Shown here one piece after another: positions 1 to 13,530 of a DNA stretch of 64,000 nucleotides; the stretch's first letter is position 1, and each line of letters opens with the position of its first letter. The DNA is from Paraspadella gotoi. Taxonomy: Eukaryota; Animalia; Chaetognatha. A model generated the notes under the pieces. The model was given only the letters and a program-made list of their open reading frames with translations, made no database searches and was not told the origin of the DNA. The position numbers and the translations under genes are program-made. The stretch covers positions 17,656,265 to 17,720,264 of the forward strand of contig CM119269.1 in assembly GCA_051294375.1 (NCBI GenBank), given 5' to 3'.

Positions 1-46
1 CTTCTAACCAGCTACTACCTTGCTACCGAACCCGGCTCAAATTAAC

Positions 47-102
<56 letters not shown>

Positions 103-2116
103 CGAGAGAGAGAGAGAGAGAAGAGGAGAAGAGAGAGAGAGAGAAAGAAGAGAGGAGAAAAAGAGAGAGAGAGAGAGAGAAAGGATTTATCGCATTTATC
201 GATCGAATCAACTGTAAATTTGAGAGCGAGTTCGCCTTTGAAGTGCGATTGTAAAAGATCTGTGAATTTGTGATAAGTGAAATGGAATTACTCGAAGGAA
301 CGACGGCGTGGATTTTATATCGTGAAATCTTCAACGGAGACTTTTTCCCGAAGAACAAGTTTGCCTAAAACTGTCGGCAGCTGAAGTAAAATGTATAGGA
401 GATAATGCCATGTAAAAAAAGGCGGAATCTTATCTGAAATTCGTCGTAGAAAAACAAGAAGTATTAAATAATAGATAAACTGTTATTAATTTTTTTTAAA
501 TCATATATCTAGATAAGTGAGAGTGTCTTAAATAATATTGTTAAGACTTAAGTCACAACATTCATAAACGAAAAAAAGGATCTGGTACAAAGAGAATCCA
601 AGAGGCGACAGAAATGATAAAGTATAAATGAAATTAAAACTGACAAAACGACAAAGTGAAGTTTGAATTAAAAAAAAAAAGGGGGAGGAAAGATGAGAGG
701 GAGTTCAAAGGAAAACCCGACTCCAAAAAAAGCGCGCGAGAAAAATGTTTTGATTAATGCGTCATTAGTTTTGAGAGGAGAAAAAAAAGGGTAAAAACGA
801 AAAAGGAGAATCAGTTTTTGGAAAATAAAAACAGGCGGCCCCGTCGGAAGATGACGAAAACAACCGATTTTCATTTTGGTTTCGAACTCGAAATAAAATA
901 TGCGGAGGTGGAGATCTCTGTATGAAGAAACAAAATATGGGGCAAGATATGAAATAGATGAATTTTTAATGCCAATATTTTTGGGACGAGCATCACCTTT
1001 GAGGGATTATGTTTGTGATTTATTTATACTTAACGTTGAATCCTAAATATATTGTGTTAATAATCAATCTTTATATGACACGATTTACTAATCGGTCAAT
1101 CAGTTGCTGGTTCAAAGTGAAATGTCTAAATTTAGTTATTTGATTATTTTGTCTTGATGAATAAAACTTAAATCGGATGAACTACTTGTCATAAAGTTTT
1201 CTGGAAAATCGTCAAACCAGCCAGTGTATCCACAATTTTAAACGCGAAAAAAAATTAAACTGAAAACAAATCTCACTTACTTAAAAACTTTTAGGTATTT
1301 ATAAAAAAAATCGTTGTTTTATGATATACAGATAAGTAACGCAAATTATTTTCAAAGTGCTAACTTAACTTAACCTTTCAAAACCAAACTTATGATCAAA
1401 TCTGTCGCGAATCCAGACCAAGGCTTAACCCCAAAAAACTTACTATCACCCAAATAACAGCTTTTTTTAGTTAAATAGTTATAATAATATTTTATTTGAA
1501 GTATCCTGGCGCCGGAAGCGAAAAAAAACAAAAAAACCAAAAACAAACCAAAAAATTTGGTCGCGAATTAGACCTTTTCTCTTTGGAGATTTTCTCACAC
1601 TTTCGCCTCAAAACGAAAAAGAAACTAAAAAAAACGAAAATAATCATTTTGGGCCAAAATATTATTTTCTCCGAATTCTGAAACTGGCAACGCGAGGGTT
1701 TGATCGACGGCTTGGGAAGTCACATACCACTGTGGAAGGTGCCGAAGAGTAGAGACTTAAGAGGAGAACTGTGGAGCGATTAAAGAGAAATGAAAAAAGA
1801 AAAAATACAACTATATAGTCTATAACTTAGAGACTGAAAAAAAAAAGAAGAAAGAAATAAAGAAAGAAGACGAAGATATAAGATATAAGGAAAAGAACGA
1901 TATAAAGATAGAAAAAAAAAACGAAAGAAAGAAGAAAAAAGATATAGGAAAGAACGATAGAAAGAAAGAAAAAGAAAGAAAGCGAGCAACCAGACAAAAA
2001 GAAAGAAAGATAAAAGAAAATCAAATAGAAAAAAGGAGGTACTTGCAATTTTTCACTTTTCGCTTCGGACTTCTGATTAACGGTTTTAATCAGTCGTCGT
2101 CGTCGTCGTCGGTTGT

Positions 2117-2157
<41 letters not shown>

Positions 2158-2478
2158 CGTCGACGATAAGAGAAAGCCGAAATAATTAAGTCTTTGGCGC
2201 ACGTAACGGCCTTTCAGGGAACCAGAAGAATAAAAATCACCAACAACAACCAACAGAGAAAAACAATTAGAACTCCAAGGTGGCCTATGATGAAAATAGC
2301 AGCTTTACATTAACGTCATCGAAACAACAACAACAACTAGTTCCGATCGATGAAAAATAACAACAACAACACAAACAACAACGACTCAGAGAGACGTCTG
2401 AGTTATAATCGAACGATTGAGTCCGAGTCACTCGAAATCCTCTCGCGACGTCTCTTTCCTAATCTCTCTCTCTTCTCT

Positions 2479-2520
<42 letters not shown>

Positions 2521-4000
2521 ATCGGCTGGCGAGTCAACCGCGTCATCCGTTAACGTAAAGCAGAGTGTTCGGATCAACTCTCATCTCTCTTTCTCTCTCT
2601 CTTTCCTCTCTCTCTCTCTCTGCTCTCTTCTCTCATCTCTCTCTTCCTCTCTCTCTCTCTCTCTCTCCTCTCTCTCTTTGGTTTTGACCAATGTCAAATT
2701 CCTTTCTGTGTTGTTATCCCAATACTATGACGATGTTGTTGGGTCTGGGTACAAGTCAGCGGTTGTTGTTGTTGTCGTTTCCGTTGTCGTTGTCGTTGTC
2801 GTGTGTCTTGTCGTTGTCGTTGTCGTTGTCGCTTTCAACGAGTAATCGCACAATTACATTCGAAATAAACATTGAACATTAAAAATTAAAAATTAACACA
2901 ATAAGAATAAAGACTCTTCAATAGTATTTGGTTGGAAAATAAAAATAAGAAAAATTCACATTTTTAAAAAATTTCTTGATATCTGAAAAAAATCATACTG
3001 AACCGAAAAATTTCTTAAAAAACCACCAACGAAGCGATTCGAACCGTAACCTTTGCCACAGCGCCTTAGTGACCAGACAATCGAAAGAGTGGCGCCAGTT
3101 TTCTCATCCAAGAATTGGCGTTGGAACCGCTCGATCGGGCCTCGCCCGAAGCCTCGTGGCTCGCTCGACCGTTAAAACCGGGCCCGGACCGACCAGGTTT
3201 TAGGCTCCGCGCCGCGGGGCCCCGACGCCAGGCGGCCTGGCGGATGTCACGGTCAAAATCTCAATGAGTTGTCAAGGATCGAAAAGGGAAGCAGATCAGT
3301 CAGAAGAAGAAGATGAATCGATCGAAGGAAGAGTCTCGTCCGTCGTCTCGTTTTGTTAGATTTCATCTGATTGGATTGTTTGACAAAACTAATTGGTTGA
3401 TACTGATTGTTTAATTGACCTATGACCGATTGATTCGTTGATTTATTCATTCATCCTCACATTTCATTCTACACTTACACTACCGATCCATCTTTAGATA
3501 AGTCTACTTGTGGTTCTGAAAGATTCGCTGGCTCTTGTTGGAGGCTGAAAGAAGGCGAATGGTTGGTTATAGTCAATTTAGTTATCTCGCTTGTGCGACC
3601 ACGAAAAATATTTTTATTAAAGCAAGGTACTTAATTGCAATTATAAATTTTAAAAAAAAAATTAGTTAAGAAACTGAATCTTTAATCTAAGAGAATGTTA
3701 TTCACCTCGAAATGAATTCGATTTTCAATTTTAAGCGGCATTTTAAAACCAAATGAATAAGATGAAAGGACAATTAAAAAAAATTGTTTAACACATTTTC
3801 AGATTAGAATTGTAAAACAGGCAATCGGATCCAAAATGGTCTTTCGCAACCTTTAAATTTATGTAGAGAGAGAGAGAGAAGAGAGAGAGAGGAAAGAGAA
3901 ATTCTGGAGATGCCATTCTTCAGGAATTAGAAATAATCAAATGGTTTTTTTCAAAAAAGATTCTCTCTCTCTCTCTCTCCTCTTCTCTCTCTTTCTCTCT

Positions 4001-4033
<33 letters not shown>

Positions 4034-4493
4034 TTTTGTGGCGGATAATTCACTTTCCCTTCCCGCTCGTTCGAAATTTTTTAGTTGAAAGCCGAAAGAA
4101 CGAAGCTTAGTTTTTTTTTTTTTTCTCTCTAATTTTTTTCTCTCCATTTTTTTTTCTTTTTCTCTGTTTGCATTTCCTTCGAGTTTTAACCAACAAATGA
4201 AAATTCCCTCCTCCTTCGCTGGGCGGGAGAGAGAAAAAAAAGGGATTGAAATATACTTATACATCAAGAATGGAATGGAAAAATAATTGAGAACATTAAA
4301 AAGCAACAAAACTTAATTATAGTTCGATGCACATTTTTAACAAACGAGGGAATTTAAAATAAACCTCCAACTCTCTGAAAACGAGTAATAAATTATTTCG
4401 TAAATGGACGTTTAAATCTCGTAAATTCATTTTTTTTTTTTTAAGGAGGGGAAAAATAGTTTCATATTTTCGGCGGGGGAAGAGAGGGAGAGA

Positions 4494-4567
<74 letters not shown>

Positions 4568-4577
<10 letters not shown>

Positions 4578-5115
4578 AGAGGGGGATAAAGAGAATCGGG
4601 TCGCATCTTGTTTAGACAAAAAACAAACGAAGGTAGTCGCGAAATAGCGTAAAAAAAATTCGGCTTATTAAAACGGATCGTAAATTTGAAACAGTTGAGT
4701 CCGTGAAAGAATCCGTGAATTATGGCGAGGAAAAAAAACACCTCAAAAAAACGTGTATGGGAAAAAAGTGAAGGACAATAAATCGACTTCGAACATCGAG
4801 GGAAAAAAGGAGCCACGCTTTTTTTTTTTCCGCCGCCGCCAGGGATTTTTCTCCCTTCGTCTTCGTTGCCCTTAAGGGGCTTTTGTTTTTTGTTCCCGCA
4901 GGGCTTGGTTGTCCTTTTGTCTTAATCTCTCTGTTACGGTTGTACCATTTCCATTTTTAAAGGTTAAGTAGTTTGTCGAGCTAAATCGTTTTTTTTGTCA
5001 GTACAGTTGTCTATTCTGTCAGTAGGATTCGGTTCGTTATTGTTGTCATCTTATTTTCCCAGTACTGTTAATTAACACTCGGGTGAGAGAGAGAGAGGAG
5101 AGAGAGAGAGAGAAG

Positions 5116-5177
<62 letters not shown>

Positions 5178-5797
5178 GAGAGTAGAGGATGAGAGAGAGA
5201 GAGAAGAGAGAGAGACGCGATCGCCGTGGCGCANNNNNNNNNNNNNNNNNNNNNNNNNCGAGTGTTAATTAACAGTACTGGGAAAATAAAGATGACAACA
5301 ATAACGAACCGAATCCTACTGACAGAATAGACAAACTGTACTGACAAAAAAAAACGATTTAGCTCGACAAAATAACTTAACCTTTAAAATGGAAATAAGG
5401 TACAACCTCGTTAACAAGAGAGACTTAAGACAAAAGGACAACCAAGCCCTGCGGGAAACAAAAAAACAAAAGGCCCCTTAAGGGCAACGAAGGGACGAAG
5501 GGAGAAAAATCCCCTGGCGGCGGCGGAAAAAAAAGCGTGGCTCCTTTTTTTCCCTCGATGTTCGACGTCAGATTTATTGTCCTTTCACTTTTTTTCCCAT
5601 ACACGTTTTTTTGAGGTGTTTTTTTCCCTCGCCATAATTCACGATCTTTTTCACGGACTCAAACGTGTTTCAAATTTACGATCCGTTTTTAATATAGCCG
5701 ATTTTTTTTTACGCTATTTCGCGACTACCTTCGTTTGTTTTTTGTCTAAACACAGATGCGACCCGATTCTCTTTATCCCCCTCTCTCTCCCTCTCCC
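4568..5797. repeat. Fold-back inverted repeat, arms ~4568-5081 and 5259-~5797
   Basis: CAGTACTGTTAATTAACACTCG (to 5081) mirrors CGAGTGTTAATTAACAGTACTG (from 5259); the spacer is a (GA)n tract plus 25 N. Confidence 0.93.
5234..5258. other. Assembly gap, 25 N
   Basis: Run of N; gaps of the same length at 13078-13102 and 41993-42017. Confidence 0.99.
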
Positions 5798-6844
5798 GAT
5801 GACGACGACGACGACGACGACGATGACGACGACGACGACAACTAAATTATTATTCCTTGGGTGACTAAAACCGTGTCACTATTATCACCGGCGCCTTCCC
5901 CCGCCCCCCCCATACTCAATCTACCGACCCTGACGCTAATGTCTCCGATCGGAAGGGAAATCGAATTATCAGTCATTTGCCATGGGAATGCCGCTCTCTT
6001 CTCTTCACGCTGTCTCTATCTCATATTTCACTCTATTCCTCTCTCCTCTCTGTCGATGGGGAGATGAGGTTGAGATAGCTGAAGTCTTTGCGGGTCAAAG
6101 GTCGCGACTCCGACTGAGAAATTTGTTTTTTTCGTTGTCGTCGTTGTTGTCGTTGTCGTTCCTGCCCCTCCCATTTTTATATGAACGAGACTTTTTTATC
6201 TATTGATCATTCATTCAAACTCTCAATTCTCATCGTTTTTAAATAATGAGCCCCAAACTTCCTAAAGGGTAATAGCTAAAATTCAAAAGCAAAGTCCGCC
6301 ACGCATCGTACTTTCCTTCTTTTATAGAATATTATTGGCAAGACCAGCGTTTCGAACCTACTGTGAATTTAGTTTTTCTTTGCCAAGACAATATCCCCGA
6401 GAAAAAAAAAAAAGTTTCACGAAAAAACCAATTGTGGAATGTTCTAGAATGTTCGTCCACACAATCTCCAATTATCAAAAATTTGTTTGTATATAGTAGT
6501 TTTCTCGCCTTTCTAGATTTTCCAGTTTTTCTCTCGCTACATCATTAATTCTCTCGTTTCCGGCTCAACTAATTTCTCCCTGATGAGGAGGAGCCTTCGC
6601 GCAAACGAGTCGATTCGATTCGAACCAGAGAATTGTACAACTCATGGTCTTCGGCCAGGACCAAAGAATGAAAAAGTAAATTGCCGAAATTAAAACAAAA
6701 AATTAAAGAAAAATCTTGAATGGAAATGTACAGAAAATATGAAAATAAAAATGAAAGAAAATATAGGAACTAAACAATATTTTTAACGAAATAAGAAAAA
6801 ACCGTAATGAAATCCGAAAAGAGTACCTACGCGAGCCACAGAGA

Positions 6845-7003
6845 AAGACGAAAACAAAGACGAAGAGCAGAGACGAAGACAAGGACGAAGAACAAAGAGG
6901 AAGACGAGGGCCAAGCGGAGACGAAGAGAAGACAGGCGAAAGACGAAGACGAAGGGAAGACGAAGAAGAAGACAAGGACCAAGACGAAGGACGAAGGCGA
7001 AGA
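6845..7003. repeat. Degenerate (GACGAA)n hexamer-type repeat (mirror 19280-19445)
   Basis: Repeated GACGAA/GACAAG/GGCGAA units. Confidence 0.8.
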
Positions 7004-8558
7004 CTGACATGAAAACGAGGCTTGAATGGAGAAACAATTGTTTCTTTTCTTCTCCCCACAGAGGATTTAGGGCGATGTAAAGAGGTTCGTGCCGCGATTC
7101 CGACAGGATGCTAACCCGATTCTAACCCGATCAACCTGTTTATAATCCTAAAGAAAAGTCATAACAATAGTAAAAGCAAAAAATAATAAAAAACAATAAC
7201 AAATACAATGTATTGAAGTGAGGTAAACCTGAAACCGAGTCAAGGTCGGTGAACTTGATCGTCGGATGTCGTTGTTGTCGCGTCGTTTGTCTTCGTTGTT
7301 ATCATCGTTGCTTGTATGCTAACAAAGAAAAATTCTAATTACTTGAGGTTAGATATATTTTCGTCTTTTGTCAAAGTTATGCCTAATCGGAATTAAAAAA
7401 AAATTCAATCTTGTGAATTTTTCTCTCAGTTAATGAAATTTTTTTATCTTCTTTCTTCTTTCTTTTTTATTTCTTTCTTTCTTTCTTTCTTTCTTCTTTC
7501 TTTCTTTCTTCTTTTTCTTTTCTTTCTTTCTTTCCTTTTTTCTTTCTTTCTTTCTTTCTTTCTTTCTCTTTAGCAAAGAATCCCCCGAACGCGGGAGGCT
7601 ACATTGCGATAAAATCTCTACTAGAAGCTCTCCGTGAGAGGAATGGTAAAAAGGAGTGGAGGATAGGATGAAGGAGAGGAGTGAGGATGAAGGAGAGAAT
7701 GAAGAAGAGGAGTGATGAAAGGGATCGAAAGAGAAGGTGTGTCGAGATGCGGAGTGCCGGGGCAAAGGAGAATGAAGAAGAGTGAATGAGTGAATTATTC
7801 TACAGGGAAGAGATCAAGGAAGGTGAAGACACGCGAGTCACTGACAATGCACAGACAGATCGAGTTTCACTGCCTCGTTCACTCACTGTTTTTAATAGAA
7901 CAGTGATAATGTTGGAGAAATATGTTATGCAACAGCATAATGGAGAAAAAAGAGGCAAAATAAAAACTAAATGGCTTAATGGAATTTACAAAGAACAGGA
8001 AAACAACTCAGCGAATGCTTTAGGTTACCTCGAACTCGAGAAAAAAAACGACGCGGAAGCACGTCTTCGTGGTGCAGGGGATAGTTGAGGAAAAGAGGAG
8101 AGAAGAAAAACTTCGGTTCGGAGGTCCGAGGTGAGAGAAGTTGTAGAGGCGCTCCACCGGAAGCAAGAAGGGGAGAGAAGGGAGAGTCGAGAAACAAAGG
8201 GCCATTGGGCCGAGCGGGCCGTCTGGGGCGCGGAGCCCGCTCGGCCGCGTGGTTGGCGGGCGCGAGAAGCTCGCCGAATTTCCTCGCCCGAAATTCTCGC
8301 CCGCCGGGAGAAGCACACTTTTCTTCGATGTGAAGAAAATCGCTACATCGAAGATCGAGATTCGGAAAGGGAGAATAGGGAAGAGGGAAATCCGACTGCA
8401 TTTTGTGTAATGTAGTGGAACTGCATTACGTGGAACAAAATGGAACATCGGTTTGGTTCTTTTTATGTTATGGCAGTACTACTGTAACGCGAAAAATTCG
8501 ACAACATGATTCCTTCTAACCAGCTACTACCTTGCTACCGAACCCGGCTCAAATTAAC

Positions 8559-8614
<56 letters not shown>

Positions 8615-10628
8615 CGAGAGAGAGAGAGAGAGAAGAGGAGAAGAGAGAGAGAGAGAAAGAAGAGAGGAGAAAAAGAGAGAGAGAGAGAGAGAAAGGATTT
8701 ATCGCATTTATCGATCGAATCAACTGTAAATTTGAGAGCGAGTTCGCCTTTGAAGTGCGATTGTAAAAGATCTGTGAATTTGTGATAAGTGAAATGGAAT
8801 TACTCGAAGGAACGACGGCGTGGATTTTATATCGTGAAATCTTCAACGGAGACTTTTTCCCGAAGAACAAGTTTGCCTAAAACTGTCGGCAGCTGAAGTA
8901 AAATGTATAGGAGATAATGCCATGTAAAAAAAGGCGGAATCTTATCTGAAATTCGTCGTAGAAAAACAAGAAGTATTAAATAATAGATAAACTGTTATTA
9001 ATTTTTTTTAAATCATATATCTAGATAAGTGAGAGTGTCTTAAATAATATTGTTAAGACTTAAGTCACAACATTCATAAACGAAAAAAAGGATCTGGTAC
9101 AAAGAGAATCCAAGAGGCGACAGAAATGATAAAGTATAAATGAAATTAAAACTGACAAAACGACAAAGTGAAGTTTGAATTAAAAAAAAAAAGGGGGAGG
9201 AAAGATGAGAGGGAGTTCAAAGGAAAACCCGACTCCAAAAAAAGCGCGCGAGAAAAATGTTTTGATTAATGCGTCATTAGTTTTGAGAGGAGAAAAAAAA
9301 GGGTAAAAACGAAAAAGGAGAATCAGTTTTTGGAAAATAAAAACAGGCGGCCCCGTCGGAAGATGACGAAAACAACCGATTTTCATTTTGGTTTCGAACT
9401 CGAAATAAAATATGCGGAGGTGGAGATCTCTGTATGAAGAAACAAAATATGGGGCAAGATATGAAATAGATGAATTTTTAATGCCAATATTTTTGGGACG
9501 AGCATCACCTTTGAGGGATTATGTTTGTGATTTATTTATACTTAACGTTGAATCCTAAATATATTGTGTTAATAATCAATCTTTATATGACACGATTTAC
9601 TAATCGGTCAATCAGTTGCTGGTTCAAAGTGAAATGTCTAAATTTAGTTATTTGATTATTTTGTCTTGATGAATAAAACTTAAATCGGATGAACTACTTG
9701 TCATAAAGTTTTCTGGAAAATCGTCAAACCAGCCAGTGTATCCACAATTTTAAACGCGAAAAAAAATTAAACTGAAAACAAATCTCACTTACTTAAAAAC
9801 TTTTAGGTATTTATAAAAAAAATCGTTGTTTTATGATATACAGATAAGTAACGCAAATTATTTTCAAAGTGCTAACTTAACTTAACCTTTCAAAACCAAA
9901 CTTATGATCAAATCTGTCGCGAATCCAGACCAAGGCTTAACCCCAAAAAACTTACTATCACCCAAATAACAGCTTTTTTTAGTTAAATAGTTATAATAAT
10001 ATTTTATTTGAAGTATCCTGGCGCCGGAAGCGAAAAAAAACAAAAAAACCAAAAACAAACCAAAAAATTTGGTCGCGAATTAGACCTTTTCTCTTTGGAG
10101 ATTTTCTCACACTTTCGCCTCAAAACGAAAAAGAAACTAAAAAAAACGAAAATAATCATTTTGGGCCAAAATATTATTTTCTCCGAATTCTGAAACTGGC
10201 AACGCGAGGGTTTGATCGACGGCTTGGGAAGTCACATACCACTGTGGAAGGTGCCGAAGAGTAGAGACTTAAGAGGAGAACTGTGGAGCGATTAAAGAGA
10301 AATGAAAAAAGAAAAAATACAACTATATAGTCTATAACTTAGAGACTGAAAAAAAAAAGAAGAAAGAAATAAAGAAAGAAGACGAAGATATAAGATATAA
10401 GGAAAAGAACGATATAAAGATAGAAAAAAAAAACGAAAGAAAGAAGAAAAAAGATATAGGAAAGAACGATAGAAAGAAAGAAAAAGAAAGAAAGCGAGCA
10501 ACCAGACAAAAAGAAAGAAAGATAAAAGAAAATCAAATAGAAAAAAGGAGGTACTTGCAATTTTTCACTTTTCGCTTCGGACTTCTGATTAACGGTTTTA
10601 ATCAGTCGTCGTCGTCGTCGTCGGTTGT

Positions 10629-10669
<41 letters not shown>

Positions 10670-10990
10670 CGTCGACGATAAGAGAAAGCCGAAATAATTA
10701 AGTCTTTGGCGCACGTAACGGCCTTTCAGGGAACCAGAAGAATAAAAATCACCAACAACAACCAACAGAGAAAAACAATTAGAACTCCAAGGTGGCCTAT
10801 GATGAAAATAGCAGCTTTACATTAACGTCATCGAAACAACAACAACAACTAGTTCCGATCGATGAAAAATAACAACAACAACACAAACAACAACGACTCA
10901 GAGAGACGTCTGAGTTATAATCGAACGATTGAGTCCGAGTCACTCGAAATCCTCTCGCGACGTCTCTTTCCTAATCTCTCTCTCTTCTCT

Positions 10991-11032
<42 letters not shown>

Positions 11033-12512
11033 ATCGGCTGGCGAGTCAACCGCGTCATCCGTTAACGTAAAGCAGAGTGTTCGGATCAACTCTCATCTCT
11101 CTTTCTCTCTCTCTTTCCTCTCTCTCTCTCTCTGCTCTCTTCTCTCATCTCTCTCTTCCTCTCTCTCTCTCTCTCTCTCCTCTCTCTCTTTGGTTTTGAC
11201 CAATGTCAAATTCCTTTCTGTGTTGTTATCCCAATACTATGACGATGTTGTTGGGTCTGGGTACAAGTCAGCGGTTGTTGTTGTTGTCGTTTCCGTTGTC
11301 GTTGTCGTTGTCGTGTGTCTTGTCGTTGTCGTTGTCGTTGTCGCTTTCAACGAGTAATCGCACAATTACATTCGAAATAAACATTGAACATTAAAAATTA
11401 AAAATTAACACAATAAGAATAAAGACTCTTCAATAGTATTTGGTTGGAAAATAAAAATAAGAAAAATTCACATTTTTAAAAAATTTCTTGATATCTGAAA
11501 AAAATCATACTGAACCGAAAAATTTCTTAAAAAACCACCAACGAAGCGATTCGAACCGTAACCTTTGCCACAGCGCCTTAGTGACCAGACAATCGAAAGA
11601 GTGGCGCCAGTTTTCTCATCCAAGAATTGGCGTTGGAACCGCTCGATCGGGCCTCGCCCGAAGCCTCGTGGCTCGCTCGACCGTTAAAACCGGGCCCGGA
11701 CCGACCAGGTTTTAGGCTCCGCGCCGCGGGGCCCCGACGCCAGGCGGCCTGGCGGATGTCACGGTCAAAATCTCAATGAGTTGTCAAGGATCGAAAAGGG
11801 AAGCAGATCAGTCAGAAGAAGAAGATGAATCGATCGAAGGAAGAGTCTCGTCCGTCGTCTCGTTTTGTTAGATTTCATCTGATTGGATTGTTTGACAAAA
11901 CTAATTGGTTGATACTGATTGTTTAATTGACCTATGACCGATTGATTCGTTGATTTATTCATTCATCCTCACATTTCATTCTACACTTACACTACCGATC
12001 CATCTTTAGATAAGTCTACTTGTGGTTCTGAAAGATTCGCTGGCTCTTGTTGGAGGCTGAAAGAAGGCGAATGGTTGGTTATAGTCAATTTAGTTATCTC
12101 GCTTGTGCGACCACGAAAAATATTTTTATTAAAGCAAGGTACTTAATTGCAATTATAAATTTTAAAAAAAAAATTAGTTAAGAAACTGAATCTTTAATCT
12201 AAGAGAATGTTATTCACCTCGAAATGAATTCGATTTTCAATTTTAAGCGGCATTTTAAAACCAAATGAATAAGATGAAAGGACAATTAAAAAAAATTGTT
12301 TAACACATTTTCAGATTAGAATTGTAAAACAGGCAATCGGATCCAAAATGGTCTTTCGCAACCTTTAAATTTATGTAGAGAGAGAGAGAGAAGAGAGAGA
12401 GAGGAAAGAGAAATTCTGGAGATGCCATTCTTCAGGAATTAGAAATAATCAAATGGTTTTTTTCAAAAAAGATTCTCTCTCTCTCTCTCTCCTCTTCTCT
12501 CTCTTTCTCTCT

Positions 12513-12545
<33 letters not shown>

Positions 12546-13005
12546 TTTTGTGGCGGATAATTCACTTTCCCTTCCCGCTCGTTCGAAATTTTTTAGTTGA
12601 AAGCCGAAAGAACGAAGCTTAGTTTTTTTTTTTTTTCTCTCTAATTTTTTTCTCTCCATTTTTTTTTCTTTTTCTCTGTTTGCATTTCCTTCGAGTTTTA
12701 ACCAACAAATGAAAATTCCCTCCTCCTTCGCTGGGCGGGAGAGAGAAAAAAAAGGGATTGAAATATACTTATACATCAAGAATGGAATGGAAAAATAATT
12801 GAGAACATTAAAAAGCAACAAAACTTAATTATAGTTCGATGCACATTTTTAACAAACGAGGGAATTTAAAATAAACCTCCAACTCTCTGAAAACGAGTAA
12901 TAAATTATTTCGTAAATGGACGTTTAAATCTCGTAAATTCATTTTTTTTTTTTTAAGGAGGGGAAAAATAGTTTCATATTTTCGGCGGGGGAAGAGAGGG
13001 AGAGA

Positions 13006-13077
<72 letters not shown>

Positions 13078-13102
13078 NNNNNNNNNNNNNNNNNNNNNNN
13101 NN
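13078..13102. other. Assembly gap, 25 N
   Basis: Run of N in the spacer of the 7 kb inversion. Confidence 0.99.
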
Positions 13103-13489
13103 ATTTATTACTCGTTTTCGAGAGTTGGAGGTTTCTTTTAATATTCCCCTCGTTTGTTAAAAAATGATGCATCGAACTATAATTAAGTTTATGTTGCTCT
13201 TTTTATTTTCTTCAATTATTTTTCCATTGTCCATTCCTTGTATGTATACGTATATATTTCAAATCCCTTTTTTTTTCTCTCTCCCGCCCCAGCGAAGGAG
13301 GAGGGAATTTTTCCATTTTGTTGGTTTTAAAACTCGAAGGAATGCAAACAGAGAAAAAGAAAAAAAATGGAGAGAAAAAATTAGAGAGAAAGAAAAAAAG
13401 CTTGAAAGGCTTCGATTCTTTTTCGGGCTTTCATACTAAAAAATTTTCGAACGAGCGGGAAGGGGGAAGTGAATTAATCCGCCACAAAA

Positions 13490-13530
<41 letters not shown>

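Larger units (their letters stand above)
1..13077. repeat. Direct duplication with period 8512: 1-4565 apparently identical to 8513-13077
   Basis: ORF translations are identical at offset 8512 (20/8532, 668/9180, 2417/10929, 3920/12432), and microsatellite interruptions are identical; the second copy ends at the N gap. Confidence 0.95.

Noticed and set aside
6092-6104. Nuclear-receptor DR1-like element GGGTCAAAGGTCG
   Set aside because: A single short motif with no linked gene; chance occurrence cannot be excluded.
6330-6370. tRNA gene (GTTCGAATCC-like B-box, clearer in the mirror copy ~19935)
   Set aside because: No cloverleaf or A-box; at most a decayed tRNA-derived SINE fragment.
7111-7131. 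Telomere-like CTAACCC repeats
   Set aside because: The unit is 11 bp (CTAACCCGATT) in 2-3 copies, not (TTAGGG)n.
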